A stretch of 8,668 nt of DNA, from IMG/VR virus record IMGVR_UViG_2740892423_000019. One strand, given 5' to 3'. Below are positions 8,526 to 8,668 of the stretch, piece after piece. The notes under the pieces are model-generated. The model saw only the letters and a program-made list of their open reading frames with translations, searched no databases and was not told where the DNA came from. The DNA comes from a virus (Duplodnaviria; Heunggongvirae; Uroviricota; Caudoviricetes). A program made the translations under genes and the position numbers. Each line of letters begins with the position of its first letter. Positions within the stretch are counted from its first letter, which is position 1.

Positions 8526-8558
8526 CCGCAGCACGTCGTATGCAAGAACGTGCTGCGG
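8526..8558 (-). terminator. 33-nt palindromic element, copy B; on the - strand a hairpin followed by a T-rich tract (terminator candidate for a gene entering from the right edge)
   Basis: The sequence is ccgcagcacgtcgtatgcaagaacgtgctgcgg, with a perfect 11-bp stem (ccgcagcacgt / acgtgctgcgg) and an 11-nt loop. On the - strand the stem is followed by ttttctttatg. Reverse-strand frames at 8587-8668 remain open to the window edge, consistent with the 3' end of a - strand gene. Confidence 0.4.
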
Positions 8559-8668
8559 TTGGCTGGTGAACTTTCTGGATTTGCCCCTATATTTCCAGAC
8601 ATCTGTTATCACTTAACCCATTACAAGCCCGCTGCCGCAGATATTCCCGTGGCGAGCGATAACCCAGC

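Noticed and set aside
5826-8558. The paired palindromes as invertase (Pin/Gin/Cin-type) crossover sites of an invertible tail-fibre segment
   Set aside because: The copies are in direct, not inverted, orientation. No invertase gene is in the window, and the elements lie outside the stf coding region.
8266-8668. Lambda attachment-site core or prophage-chromosome junction at the right edge, and the identity of a possible - strand gene 3' end at 8587-8668
   Set aside because: I did not find the lambda att core (gcttttttatactaa) by eye, and about 80 nt of open reverse-strand frame is too little to identify a gene. The prophage boundary cannot be placed from this window.

Overview
This window looks like the right-hand (tail-fibre) end of a lambda-like prophage in an enterobacterial genome, followed by an AT-rich cargo region. 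Reading left to right: the 3' ~530 codons of the host-specificity protein J gene (cut by the window edge), a hairpin terminator, lom (Ail/Lom/PagC-family outer-membrane protein), a second terminator, and a 1101-codon mosaic side tail fibre gene (stf). The stf gene has a lambda-like N-terminus, an Ala/Ser/Thr-rich shaft with SETNA(K) repeats, two GGTG-type tail-fibre repeat motifs and a C-terminal self-cleaving chaperone domain (Peptidase S74-like). It is followed in frame by only the last ~44 codons of the tail fibre assembly gene tfa. Downstream lies a three-gene cargo region whose composition differs sharply from the structural genes: a class I SAM-dependent methyltransferase (- strand), a small + strand ORF with a Tfa-C-terminal-like domain interrupted by an in-frame amber codon, and a very AT-rich (~25-30% GC, hand-estimated) membrane-anchored diguanylate cyclase with intact GGEEF and RxxD motifs (- strand). 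Two copies of a 33-nt palindromic element in the same orientation bracket this cargo region. The most interesting candidate is a prophage-carried c-di-GMP signalling module at the tail-fibre moron hotspot. All family assignments rest on motif recognition and recalled homology, not on database searches. No rRNA, tRNA, CRISPR array, IS element or integrase was seen.
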